Below, piece by piece: positions 1 to 12,211 of a stretch of DNA of 55,980 nt. The DNA lies in the NCBI GenBank assembly GCA_002269645.1, contig NIVC01000593.1, positions 1 through 55,980 of the forward strand, written 5' to 3'. The notes beneath the pieces were generated by a model. It did not search any database. It was not told where the DNA came from and worked only from the letters and a program-made list of their open reading frames with translations. Source of the DNA: Macrostomum lignano. Lineage: Eukaryota. Position 1 is the first letter of the stretch, and each line of letters opens with the position of its first letter. The translations under genes and the position numbers were made by a program.

Positions 1-100
1 ATAATATTTTTTTAATAATTTGGATTGTGCAATGTAAATTGGCCTGTGCATTACTAGGGACAGCCAAGGGTGGCAGTGGTCGACTGTATGGCTTAATTAT

Positions 101-3100
101 ATGGATTCTCGGAATTCCGTCAAAAATATCTCAGAAAAAACTACCCGCTTTAATACTTTAGGTTATGGGACGAGCTCAGTCGAACGTAAAGTTTCTGACG
201 TCCACAATTCCGCCGTTCAAAGAAAGCTGAGTGGTGCAGAGGAGCTGGATCGTACTGATCACACTAGTCCTGCAGATACACAGTGTGAAAAACCAGATAA
301 CGACCACAACGTCTGTAACGCAGATTCTCATCCCTCTAGGGACGTTTTTGGCCAAGATGTGATTCACTTTTTGTCAGAGGAGTATGGAAGTACTTATCAG
401 TCACAGCTTGACATGTCAGCTATTATGAATACAACGCTTGCACAGCAAAAAGAATGTTTTGAGTCTCGCACTGTTTCGGGAAGTTCAGATTTAGCAGCAG
501 TGCAAACCTCACTGCCAGTAGCGCCAATCAGTCAAACTGAATCAACGACAGTTTTGCGAAACTGCGCTGGAGCTTCTGCTAGTGACTCGCATGTTGAAAC
601 TGATGAATTTTGTGCAGATGACTCTGAGTCCAGTCTAGATGCACTCAATATCATCTCGGCGGTTGAAAGCTTCAGTTCGGCTATTGACCAGGAAACTGAA
701 GATGGTGTTTCATTCATGAATAAACCGAAGACAACACTGAAACCTTCTAAGATTGAGTTTTCTGTGTCTCAGTCAACATCGACTTATCACAAGTGGAAAT
801 CGTCTGTTAGCGTTCCGGAAGAACTTGTGCGGAAGCTGCCTAAACCTGCTGTTCAGCCAAGGTTGCCCCCAGAACTGGCTCAAAGTCATTCGGGACCACA
901 CGTTCTGAAGTCAAGTCTGAACATCGATTTCAAGAAGCAAGCAACCACTAAGGCGGAACTGAGATTTAATTCATTGACTGTTGAAAAGCAAGATTGTCCA
1001 TCAATCAGGGAAAACCCTCCTGATGAATCCAAACGCGAAAAGCCTCCAGTAAAGCTTGTCATTAAGACGCTCTCTCGTGAATCAAAGCCTCAAAGGGTTG
1101 TCATCGTCTCCTGCTCCAGTTCAGTTCGTCGAGAGACCACTAATCATTCAAATGATGACAGCGATTCAGACTCGTGTGGTCGAAATTCAACTGGCTATGG
1201 TGCTACACAAGCAAATCAAGGTGTATCGGCGCCTGTTTCACAATCTCAAGCCTCCACAGAAAAAAATTCCGGTTCTAGCACAACTAACCAAGGTGGCACG
1301 GAGCAATCACGCTCACTTTGCTTTTGTTCAATGCAGCCAGTTGTGAAAATTTCAGCAATTGATTCAATGGCTCCGCCACTTAGTGACAAAGTCTTATCAT
1401 TTCGGAGCTCTGCACCATCAACTTGGGGTTCCTTGCAAGATTTATTTCATCGCGCTTGTATCGCTCAGCAGCCCTCGGGTAAGTCTCAGACTTCGGTCGC
1501 ACTTAAAGCGCAGACTGCCACAGATAAAAAGACTAAGTCAATGCAAAGTACTCCCGCAGAGCTAAAGCGATTGTCAGATTCGACTGGCTTTTGCGCTTTT
1601 GCCAACATCCCTGACAAGCGCGAATCTACAAAGATTGCAGCTCTTTACCAGCACACCCTTCTGGCTCAAAGTCAAATCCGTCAAAAAGACTGCTTGAGGC
1701 CGGATTCCTTGCTGGCAGATAATTTAACTGAAGTCCAGAAGTCTATGCCTCCGAAGTCTAAGTCAGCTGTCAGAAAAGGGACTTCGCGCATGCTAATTTC
1801 AAATGAAATATTTTCGTCTAAAAAGCATTCAAACCGTATTCGACGTCAGATTCGAGTCAAACGACGCTCCAAGTTTCGCCATTTGCGTGCTGTCCAAGGC
1901 TTTCAAGTTCAACCACCAAAATTTGTTAACAAAGAGCCCAGAGCGCATAAACATATTAAACCAAAGCAGCTTGACCCTTTAGTCGCAGCCTCCTTCCGAC
2001 GAGGAACTCAAGAGCCAACGGTAGACCACTTTGGCCGTTCTTCCCTGCATATTGCCATGGATACTACTGATGAGGCAACCCTAAATTTTGTTGTCAATGT
2101 TTACAAGGAAAACGATGACCTCGACTGCAAGGATAATGAAGGTTTGACACCGCTAATGTTAGCATGCCGAAATGGTAACAGCAAAGCTGCATCGTTGCTG
2201 CTGTCTGCTGGTGCTTCAAGCAGCGAAACCTTTCCAGTATCAGGTAACACACTGCTCCACGAGGCTGTTTTGCAGTCGAATCTTCCTTTAGTTAAAAGTC
2301 TCGTTGACTTTGGTGCTGATCTCATGACCAAAAACGCAAAAGGTTTCTGTGCGATGGACTTGTCTACCTCTACAGAGATATCGGAGTTTCTAAGGCCAAT
2401 TTCAGACTACTGTTTGCGTTATGAATCATCAAAGATTCGAATTATCCATTCCGAAAGAAAACTTCCAACGATTTATCTTTTAAGTTTGCTAGATGATCAT
2501 GGGTCGAAAGGAGCACCATGTGTGATTAAGTCAGAGCTCTGCAACTCGCTTGGAGTGTCACCTGAGTATTTTGACGTCCACTATAGTGGAAAAATGACGA
2601 GCCATGTTATGGACAATTCTGTTATTCTTGGAAGAATTATCAATCCTCACCTCAAAGAGTCGTTTGAGCTTTCAACAAGAACGTCATCGAGTACTACACT
2701 TATAGAAGTCAACGAATTCTTTTTCCGCATGTTTCACGAGTACACCTTCAGTGAAAAGAGGAGTCGTACGCATACTGAGCAGCAGCAGCCGAATCAACAG
2801 ATCGAGCAGAATTCATCATCAGACACGGACGAAATGACCGACGACCATCTCTCTGAGCAAGACGAGTGTGAGATTCGTAAAGACGATGTTCAAGAGATCC
2901 ACCGAAGCCTTAAAAAGTTCACTTTTCTAGAACGGAAGCAACGAGCAAAGCAAAATCAAAGATTGGTAAAGTCGTCCTCTTTTTCCTCCAATGGCATAGC
3001 TGATTCGACTGAAAAGCCTGGCCTCAATCGTCGAGACACCAAACCTGCAGATCAAACTTCCGAAGCATGTCCAGTGGTAGAGACTGGCATGATAAAAATC

Positions 3101-4013
3101 AGTGCACCAACTAGTACATCGACTGTCTCAGAATCATCTGCTATAGCTTCGTTTTCGCTTGAGTCATCGAATATAAGTGTAAAGAGCGAGCCAATTGAAA
3201 TTCCAGCTTCAGAGGAAGAACAACAGTTTGTTAGTGGTCCTGAACAGCTTCAGCGAAAAAAATGCGCCTCCAGAGTTCGTTTTGTAACTCCTAGAGCCGG
3301 TTATCGTCTCCAGAGCTCTGCTACTAAAGTTCCCGAAGTTTCGCGAGTAGAAACAATTTCAAAAGCTTCTGAATGCTTTTCAGACACCAGTGAAGAAGCC
3401 GACCTTTCTTTTTATGATGCTAATTTAGATTTTAATGACTCAGCTTCGATTACAGTGCCGGCTATTCGCACTTCTCGGCGCAAGGCCAATCCTTTGACTT
3501 CTTTGCACGCTGAAAAGTCACCTCGGTATTTAGTTGGTGAGTCAAAATCTGTGTCAATTTCAATAGATCAGACACAATCGGCATCGCAGTTGTTTAAGCA
3601 GACAAGTTCTGTCGTAACTCCAGTAAGCGAGACGAAAGCTTCGCCGCTTAATGCGTCTGTTAGCAAGAGTGCTCCCGAAACTCAAACCCAGTTTGTTGAG
3701 CGTGATGCCCCGACATCTGTATTCAGAGTTAATGTTCTGCCTCGTGTAGGAAGTTTGACAAAACAATTTCACAGGACGTCTGAATCAGTTTTTCCATGCC
3801 CGAGATTTCATAAGAGCAAAATCTTGGGTCCTTCAGCAATGGTGAGGATCCTTAAGCCTACAATTGAAGTGAGTCATGAAACGAAAGACCCCGCTCAAGG
3901 TCTTCGTGCATCTTTGTCTACTGTTGCATCGATTCCTTCAACAAGTAAAAGTCACGTCACTGTCCTACAAGGATCCGATCAACTGCCTTCTAAGGGAAAT
4001 CTTCAAGACCAAG
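101..4013 (+). CDS. Ankyrin-repeat protein, BCOR/BCORL1-like (large exon 1; ankyrin repeats ~2020-2395, PUFD-like domain ~2430-2735)
   Basis: 1316-aa open frame. About three ankyrin repeats (GRSSLHIA, GLTPLMLACRNG, GNTLLHEAV...LVDFGAD). The following segment (HSERKLPTIYLL...CVIKSELCNSLGVSPEYF...TLIEVNEFF) resembles, from memory, the BCOR PUFD domain. The rest is Ser/Thr-rich low complexity. A CAAG|GTAAAG donor at 4014 suggests splicing rather than the in-frame stop at 4051. Confidence is high for a real ankyrin gene and moderate for BCOR identity. Confidence 0.75.
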
Positions 4014-4227
4014 GTAAAGAAATGTCTTACGTGCTAGCATTTCTGATTTAGTAATATCCTAACAGGCTAATTTGGGTATTAGTTAGATTTGTGTTTTTTT
4101 CTGATTACATTGAATAAAGAAAAAAATTAGTGGTTATATTGTTGAAAATCATTGCATTATATTGCATATTTTCATTCACATATTTTTGTGCTTTACCTAT
4201 CCTAGGATTGTTTTTACTCATTGTCAG

Positions 4228-4322
4228 GATCTCGACTGTTTGTGAAAGGTCAGTTCCGACCTGTCCGGGTAGTCGTCTCACCTGCAAGCAAAGCGGCTTC
4301 CCGATCTGATGCCCCAATCTAA
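4228..4322 (+). CDS. Probable terminal exon of the ankyrin/BCOR-like gene (GSRLFVKGQFRPVRVVVSPASKAASRSDAPI*)
   Basis: Pyrimidine-rich acceptor TTGTTTTTACTCATTGTCAG at 4227. Phase 1 matches the donor at 4014, and the frame is open to TAA at 4320-4322. Confidence 0.5.
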
Positions 4323-7300
4323 CGGCTTAAATTGCAAGACTAAGTTTACAAGTCCGTATTAACTTGTTAATATGCATTAAACTGTGTTAGTTGGTTTAGC
4401 TCCTCTGTTGTACTGAAGCTGATGAGATCAGAAAATTGTTAAAACTTAAACTTGCTTGTGCTGTTTGATGTTTAATTGGATCTCACTTTCTCTTGTTTTT
4501 AGTAATTTTCATATGTACCATTGAAGCGGTGCATAGTTAATAATTAAATCCTTGGCTAAATGGTCAAGCAAATTGCTTTTGTTTGTTTCATGTTTTGTTC
4601 TCATGATTGGGCTGTTGCAGTTTCTTTCAGCCCTGTTTTTGCTAAATTTTATAAGCCATGTTCACACTTCACATTTCTCCATCTCTTTGTGGGCTAGCTG
4701 CCTCAATGGCTCAATGTAGTTGTTTGGTCTTTCTGCAAAAATGGACATGGTGTCGTAGTACAACTTGTTCGAGTATGTCATGACCATAACCACATATACT
4801 AGAATGACTAGTAACTGATCCGTAAATGTCACTCGAAATTAAGGTGTGAAAATAGTAAATTGTCTACTGTTTTACTCGTTGTCAATAGTGTCTTGAAATT
4901 AAATATGACAGCTACAGTTCTCAGGGTTTGCGGCCTCGGGGAGCATATGGAGTAAAGAAAGAATAACAGGTATTTAACTCGAGGTACACAAGCGAATGCA
5001 AGACGGGCGACGCAAGAGTTGCGGCAGAGCCCCCCCCCCCAGGGCTGACCCGCGACCTGATGCTTTTAAGATCACAGCGTTTTAACAAAAACGGGCGAGA
5101 CTCCGCCCAAGGGGGCAGGCCCAATATAGCTCAGCCAATGAGCGAGCAGTAAGGAGAGAGGTCAAAGTCAAACGGTCGAAACTCAGCCTAGGGGGGCAGG
5201 CCCAATCTAGTTCAGCCAATGAACGAGCAGTAAGGAAAGATGTTAAAGTCAAACAGACACAAGCGGGCAAGAGAGAAGCCTAACTGTTTATTGGCTTGGT
5301 TGGGGCGCCACCCCTTTTCTCTTGCTCACGTGCACATTAACTAGATTTACGTTTTTCAGTTTTATTGCAGCCTTCAGCCTTCGAATTCATTTAAAAAAAT
5401 AATTTCGAGTCTAAGGCAGTCTGGAAAGTCTACGAAACAGGATGAAGATGCTTATTTTAATGGGTTTGCTTTTAGAAAGTCAGAGGCAATGGCAGCTCTA
5501 AGAACTTGTAGTATGTAAAATTAAGAAAATGTTTATTTACTATTGTATAAAGGCAAAAACACTAATTTTGCTACTTAAAAAGTGATGAGTGCCTTTCACA
5601 AGTGACAGCTTTTCTAGTATCTGTGGTTATAGCACGAAAACTCAAAAATAAGACTAATTTTCAATTTTTGTCCTTAGTGATTTGCTTGCTTTCACAATTA
5701 AGTGTTACCAGACATTCGATTTTGTAAAATAATTTGATAAAGTCAGTCTTTGTTTCTTTCAGTTCTCAGTTGTCTTGCAATTTGCGCTTGTTTTAAAATG
5801 TGTGTTTTGTTTATTTATGCTGACTTGTGGTAACTGAAATTATTTTTATTACGTCTCAAAGCTTTCAGTTGCTAGTAAAGTAGTATGCGTTGCAAATATG
5901 ATAAAAATACTAGAAAAAAATATTATTTTCCTTTAGTCCGCATTGAAGGTCTTATGTAGAGTTTTTCATTGGGTAGAAAAAGGCTTTCGAAAAAATTTCC
6001 TAGTTTTTTGTTCTGATTTTTTAATTCTCATAACTAAACGTGCTTGTTGCCCTCAAATGTCTTACCCTGTGCCGTTTTATTTAAATAAAGCTTTCATTTG
6101 GAGTGTAACTTGCTGCTCTAACTAAAATTGGCAGTTAGCCAAATGGAAATTTTATACTGCTCACCGGATGTGTTCGTTTAGAAATATGGTTTAGGATGTG
6201 TAATAAATAAAACCGCTGTATAAAAAACTAAAAATTCTGTAAAATATTATACTCATAATTAAAACTGTGCAAGCCCCATAAGGCTATTAGCCTTCATTTT
6301 ATAAGGTTTTTCTGCTAACCTTTAATTTTTAGTGGTTTTTATTTATCTTTTAGATCTTGCCATAAAATGTCTTTATTTAGAGCAGTTCGATCATTAAGAT
6401 CGAAGACAAAAAGGTTTTGAATATAAAAGCACCTTGGTCATCGAGGCACTTGGATCGGACACTTGCGAAAGAACAAGTTGAGGCGGCACACGCTGACCTG
6501 TTGCGCGCCGCCTTTTAGCTCGATCGGCGACAAACGATTTTGAATGAGGCACTATTCCGTCGTGCAGGCCTATATAGTCCGTCGAAAGCGACATGTCTGT
6601 TTCGCCGTTGGCGACTCCAGCTGGCATCATCGCACCGAGTTGCACCACCCACGGCTAGAGCCGGTTACAGCAGGCACCCTTGATGTATACTGCAACATTG
6701 AAAAAATAGGATACACTCGTACAAGTCTCCCTATCTATGAGTGTACATGTACAGCATACATGTATATGTATAAGATTTAGACACTAGCTAGTACATTTAT
6801 GTAAGTTAATTATTGTACGTGTTAAATACTCTGTGGATATAACTGGGAGCTGATGCAAGTTTCTAATGGCACGTCGAAAATTTGGCAACTTTGAGCCTGA
6901 CATGCCTGATCCAAGCTATAATTACTATTGTGTACAAGTTTGAAATGCCGAAAAGCACCAATAAGAGGATCAAATCAGACTAATTTGTATGTGCAAGTTT
7001 TCAATTTTGGCATTGGAAAAGTCATATCGAACCTTTTTACTTTAGCAAGTGTACGAGTAGATTTAGTAAGTAAGTAACTCTCGTAAATTAAAAATGGCAT
7101 CTTTAGCCTGTACATGTATTGCTATTGTACATAACGGTGTTACATGCACATTAGCTGGTCACTTTTTGCCTACTCTTTGGTCACCTTGTCTTTAGACGAA
7201 AATCTTTTCCCTTTCGTCTGAATCGTCCACTTATTTAAAGAAGTCAACATTTAATGCAACTGAATTAGACTATTTTTTCTGACTTCTGAGATTACGCTTA

Positions 7301-7565
7301 AGATCTGAAATCATACTCCGCAAAATTTATTGATTACTAAAACAAAGTGAACCTAGAGTAAAAGCAAATTTTTAATATAAAATCTTTAAATAAAAGTTAT
7401 TACGTGACAATATCAATTATTATTGTATGGTTTAATTCTGATAAGTTCTATTTTGTTTGCATATCACCTTTTTAAATCATTGCTAGCGAAATAAAATTCA
7501 TTAAGTTTTTAAATGGTAAACAGACAGACATCGTTTGCGCTAATTTAATGTACGTCAGCAGACGA

Positions 7566-7730
7566 CAGGGGTGGACCGTGAAAAATTTCTTGAGGGGGCC
7601 AAGCTATACCTAGCAACTACAGCGCAATATTAGAAAATAGACCTTGCATTGTTACAGGCCAAAAAATAGCCTACTTTTTTACCACTGAGGGTAGCCGAGC
7701 CGGAAAGGACCTCTCCCTGGATTCCCCCTG
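7566..7730. mobile_element. hAT-like MITE (165 bp)
   Basis: Ends CAGGGG...CCCCTG, flanked by an 8-bp near-duplication GCAGACGA (7558-7565) / GCAGACGG (7731-7738). Confidence 0.55.
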
Positions 7731-7736
7731 GCAGAC

Positions 7737-8340
7737 GGGTATATTATGTGGTGGTCTTTCGCATTTCGCATAAAGTCTTGTAATCAAATGGCAGCATCGT
7801 CCAGTCTTATGTGATCACATAGTGTTGGTGATTATGTGCATTATCGCTTATCTCATTGTCATGACTATCATGTTATCTGGTATTCCTATAATATATTCTT
7901 TATAAGCCTATATATTTATAAATCTCTTAAATTAAATGTAGTAGGCCCAGCTAAAGTTCGCCCATATGTGTCAACTAAAAAGATAAAAATCAGTTATTTT
8001 TATGTAGTAGTATTGAATTGATCAAATTCATTTAATTTTAAATTAGGCCTAATGTCAACTGCCTTTTCTTATTAATAAACTTAGTTAATGTTAGGCCTAG
8101 TTTCTTACTTGTCTTAGACTTGGACTATAAATTTCTAATATGTGATACAATATTTAATATTTCCATATTTGGAGCTTAACTTAATAAGTAATACATTTGT
8201 CAACAGTATAATACAACAATTGGGTGTATTATATTGTGGTCTTAGGTCTTTTGCATAAAGCCTTGTGATCAAATGACAGCATGGTCTAGTCATTATATAA
8301 TCATATTAGTATTAGTGCTCATATAAAATATCACTTATGT
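7737..8340 (+). repeat. Diverged direct repeat pair (~100 bp; ~7737-7850 and ~8222-8340)
   Basis: Both copies read ...GCATAAAG(T/C)CTTGT(A/G)ATCAAATG(G/A)CAGCAT(C/G)GTC(C/T)AGTC... Confidence 0.6.
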
Positions 8341-9534
8341 TTTATGTCTATTAATAATAACACATTCTTTTAAAATGAAAAATAGTATTTTGCCATAGCT
8401 ACAGCCACAGCTATGGCTATGGGATAGCTGTTTTATGTAGCCATTATATAATTATAATTGTATAATTATATAGCCGTTTTATAATTTAGATTTTATTGAA
8501 GTTTAAAGCAACTTTAAATAAGTCTGCCTTGTTGATGAATTTGCTTAGCTTGTTTTAACTATTGACAAATTCAACTTCTACCTATTGATGAATTAGAAAT
8601 TGACAAAGTCTGTATAACCTATTCATCAAGTCTTAAATTCATAAATGTAAAATTCTAATAGTAATAGAATAATTTCAATTTAAAAAAGAAATCAATTCTT
8701 TTGCAATGTCAATTTTTTAAAAAAAACTTCTATAAAACGGTGCATTGTTGTATAATATATTATAAATAAATCTACAATAATTATATTGGCACATTCTATT
8801 AATACTGAAAAAGAATATAATTAGAAAGGAAAGGATAAAAGTTTTACAAAAAAGTATTGATCTGTTACTTTTTATTTTTAGCTTTACTTTTATTGCTTTC
8901 TCTTTTTTTATTGTAGCCAATAATCTATCAATGGAATGACAGTTAAATTAGCTAAATAAAAATGATACAATTGAATATCAGCTTGTCAATAAAGAATGAG
9001 TTTTTGTTAGTATGCCAGGCCCTATATATAGTATATATAAATACTTCTACTAGGCCTATGTCTGCTAATAGTATTAATAGTAGTAATATACCTATTTTAA
9101 TTTTTTGTTGTGCAAGTCATCTAAATTTAAATTATTACTTTTTAACAAAAGGCAAGTTAATGACATCTAAAATAATTTTTACTTGGAAAAGAAGTTAAAA
9201 AATATAATAGAAATGATGTAGAGTAATGGAAGGTAAATGGAAGGGATAATAAGTATTAAAAACCATTATTTTATTACCTTGATAAAAGTACCTTCTGTGC
9301 TAATTATCCTAAGCCTAAGATACCAGTTACCTCCTTTGGGAGCCTTGGCCTAATTAGCCACCAATTGCTCAGCAGGATATTTTTTAGTTATAACCTACCT
9401 GATGTGTATTTATAAAGCTGTACAATTATCATAATTAGTCACAATTGCTATTGATGTAAAAGTACATCAGCACCAGCCCAATCACACAGCAGTGACAGTC
9501 AGGCCCACCTACTATTGGCACATCGGCCCAGCCA

Positions 9535-9987
9535 ATGAGCAGCAGCGCTCAGCGACAACACTCGGCCAGCCGAAATCATGGTGGCCACGCCGCCTCCTCA
9601 GTGCCGGCGACCTCTCGCAGCGGCGGCGCCGGCGGCTCCTCAGATCCGTCCGCCTTCCTGATGGTCGGGCCCAACTTTAAAGTCGGCAAAAAAATTGGCT
9701 GCGGCAATTTCGGCGAACTCCGCCTGGGAAAGAATCTTTATAACAATGAGCACGTGGCCGTTAAGCTTGAGCCGTTGAAGTCGCGAGCTCCACAGTTGCA
9801 CCTTGAGTACAGATTCTACAAAGAGTTGGGAAACTGCGAAGGCGTGCCCCAGGTGTTCTACTTTGGCCCAACGCTCAAGTACAACGCCTTAGTGATGGAG
9901 CTGCTCGGCCCGTCGCTCGAGGATCTGTTCGACATCTGCGACAGGCATTTCAGCTTGAAAACTGTGCTAATGATTGCGATTCAGCTG
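9535..9987 (+). CDS. CSNK1G: Casein kinase I gamma (gilgamesh-like), exon 1
   Basis: [25 protein letters not shown]...[19 protein letters not shown] is CK1-gamma-typical. Donor GTGAGT at 9988, phase 0. Model: join(9535..9987,10897..11131,11970..12140,13282..13436,14570..14659,14825..14860,16742..16846,17791..17967). Confidence 0.97.
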
Positions 9988-10042
9988 GTGAGTGATTATT
10001 TTTTGCTTTATGCATTTTGCTTGCCTCTGAGTTTTGTCTGTT

Positions 10043-10200
10043 TTAGCCCTACTAACGTCAGTCTTAGCCCTACTAACATCAGTCTTAGCCCTACTAACAT
10101 CATTCTTAGCCCTACTAACATCATTCTTAGCCCTACTAACATCATTCTTAGCCCTACTAACATCATTCTTAGCCCTACTAACATCATTCTTAGCCCTGAT
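10043..10200. repeat. 21-bp minisatellite (CTTAGCCCTACTAACATCATT)n, CK1 intron 1
   Basis: About 7 visible tandem copies. Confidence 0.95.
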
Positions 10201-10371
10201 AATTTTAGTCTGTAAATGTGTACAGCAGTGCAGCAGTCGCCTATACTACTGCATTTCTTAAACAGAAAATCCTACCAACAAAATATTCTTTGTTGTAGTT
10301 AGCAACTAAATCTGATGTTTATAGGATATTCGACGTCAGAGTATTGCAGGGACTTTTAGCATCCAGATAAG

Positions 10372-10710
10372 TGACGCCACTTACATCAGACCTGGCGCCA
10401 TTTACATCAGACTTAGCGCCATTTGGCCCATTTGCATCAGGCTTAGCGCCATTTGCATCAAACTTAGCGCCATTTACATCAGACTTAGCGCCATTTGCAT
10501 CAGGCTTAGCGCCATTTGCATCAAACTTAGCGCCATTTACATCAGACTTAGCGCCATGTACATCAGACTTGGCGCCATTTACATCAGACTTGGCGCCATG
10601 TACATCAGACTTAGCGCCATGTACATCAGACTTGGCGCCATTTACATCAGACTTAGCGCCATGTACATCAGACTTGGCGCCATTTACATCAGACTTAGCG
10701 CATTTACACC
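10372..10710. repeat. 21-bp minisatellite (ACATCAGACTTAGCGCCATTT)n, CK1 intron 1
   Basis: About 15 tandem copies with variants. Confidence 0.95.
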
Positions 10711-10896
10711 AGATTTGCTGACTGTGTAGATCTTAATCAATTATTTCACTATAATTACCGTGGCCGTTTTCGAGCTCCGAGTACCTGCTAACCAGTGCCG
10801 AGCGGCTTGCACTTTTAGTTACGAGTGGATTGCATGATGCAAGATGACAGCAGCCAAGAGCCTCTACCGCCCACCCCCTTTTCTCCGCCAACGCAG

Positions 10897-11131
10897 ATCT
10901 CGCGAATAGAATTCGTGCACAGCAAGCATCTGATCTATCGCGACATCAAGCCGGAAAACTTTCTAATCGGCCGACAGACCACACGCAAGCAACACCTGAT
11001 CCATATAATCGATTTCGGCCTCGCCAAGGAGTACATCGATCGGGAAACTAATAAGCATATTCTGTATAGGGAGCACAAGAGCCTGACTGGAACAGCCAGA
11101 TACATGAGCATTAATACGCATTTAGGCAGAG
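10897..11131 (+). CDS. CSNK1G: Casein kinase I gamma, exon 2 (catalytic loop, DFG)
   Basis: Acceptor ACGCAG at 10896. Encodes [23 protein letters not shown] and [15 protein letters not shown]. Donor GTGAGT at 11132, phase 1. Confidence 0.97.
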
Positions 11132-11412
11132 GTGAGTGTGTTTGCTCAATTAATTACATGTGCATGTGTCATGACACATACTACTACTAGCGTACTGACC
11201 TTGGTATTTCTAGAGTTTTTTTGTCGATTTTTGTTATTTTCTTAAACTTTTATCCTTAAAAGTTTGTGGAAAATATACTTCGCATAAATATACTATTGCT
11301 ATTTTCTGCCAAAAGAAGGAACAAGCTTCTGTCTAGGTTATACTTCTTGCGAAAACCCGAAACCCAAGACTTTTTCTAAGAAACGAAGGTTTTTCTTAAG
11401 TTGTGTTTGTAA

Positions 11413-11597
11413 GCGCCCTACAGGGGGTCTAGCGCGGTGCTCTGGTGTGCTAGCGGCCCAGGCTCGATTCCAAGTGCAGTCACATTAATTTGGGGCTGAA
11501 TTGGAATCTCGGCTTGGCTCTGCTCGTGCAATTAACGCCCAGCTTGAGGGCCAACCCCCAAGGCACAGGGAAGTGTACATGCCTAACGATAAATAAA
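11413..11597 (+). mobile_element. tRNA-derived SINE-like element in CK1 intron 2
   Basis: A-box-like GGTCTAGCGCGG (~11426) and B-box-like GGCTCGATTCC (11461) at Pol III spacing. Ends in an A-rich tail (GATAAATAAA). Confidence 0.55.
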
Positions 11598-11969
11598 GTC
11601 AGGGCCGCTATACACTCCTGTGTGAGTGTGTGCCTGTGCCTATGACTGCGTACGTATCCGCGCGCTTGTGTGCCTGCTCAGGGTGGTCTGGGCGGAATGG
11701 GCAGCAATGCCTCTCGCCGTTTGTGTGACAATGTCGCTTAAAGTGCACCAGGGTGCACACAGCCCCTGGCTCTAATAAACGCTGTACACGGGACCACTTC
11801 ATTCAGAAAAGCGTAAATCCAGAGGCCTCCAAAATCTCGCTTATAGAGAGCTTCTAGCTCGTGATCTCAATCAGCTTGCATTTCTATTTGTTTCATAATC
11901 GCGTCAATTTGTTTTTCATTCATGAAGCAATTATTTTTGCTAGCAATTATTTTTGCTTATTTTTTCCAG

Positions 11970-12140
11970 AGCAATCCCGTCGAGACGATTTGGAGGCGCT
12001 CGGCCACATGTTCATGTATTTCCTGCGCGGCAGCCTGCCCTGGCAGGGACTCAAGGCCGACAATCTGAAGGAGCGCTATCAGAAAATTGGCGACACTAAA
12101 CGGGCCACGCCTATTGAAGTGCTGTGCGAAGGATTTCCAG
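11970..12140 (+). CDS. CSNK1G: Casein kinase I gamma, exon 3
   Basis: Acceptor TTTTTCCAG. Encodes [31 protein letters not shown]. Donor GTAAGC at 12141, phase 1. Confidence 0.97.
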
Positions 12141-12211
12141 GTAAGCTGGGGGTCACCTGCCCCGTCCGTTTGACTGACACTCGTCTCTGAATGCAACCTT
12201 TCACTGATCAC

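Noticed and set aside
2020-2395. Ankyrin ORF as a horizontally acquired (endosymbiont or viral) gene because it is nearly intronless
   Set aside because: The long S/T-rich disordered flanks, probable spliced last exon and BCOR-like domain order fit a native eukaryotic nuclear protein.
6381-6780. GC-richer island with short ORFs as extra exons of the ankyrin gene
   Set aside because: Candidate acceptors give early stops in the phase required by the donor at 4014, and no domain is recognisable.
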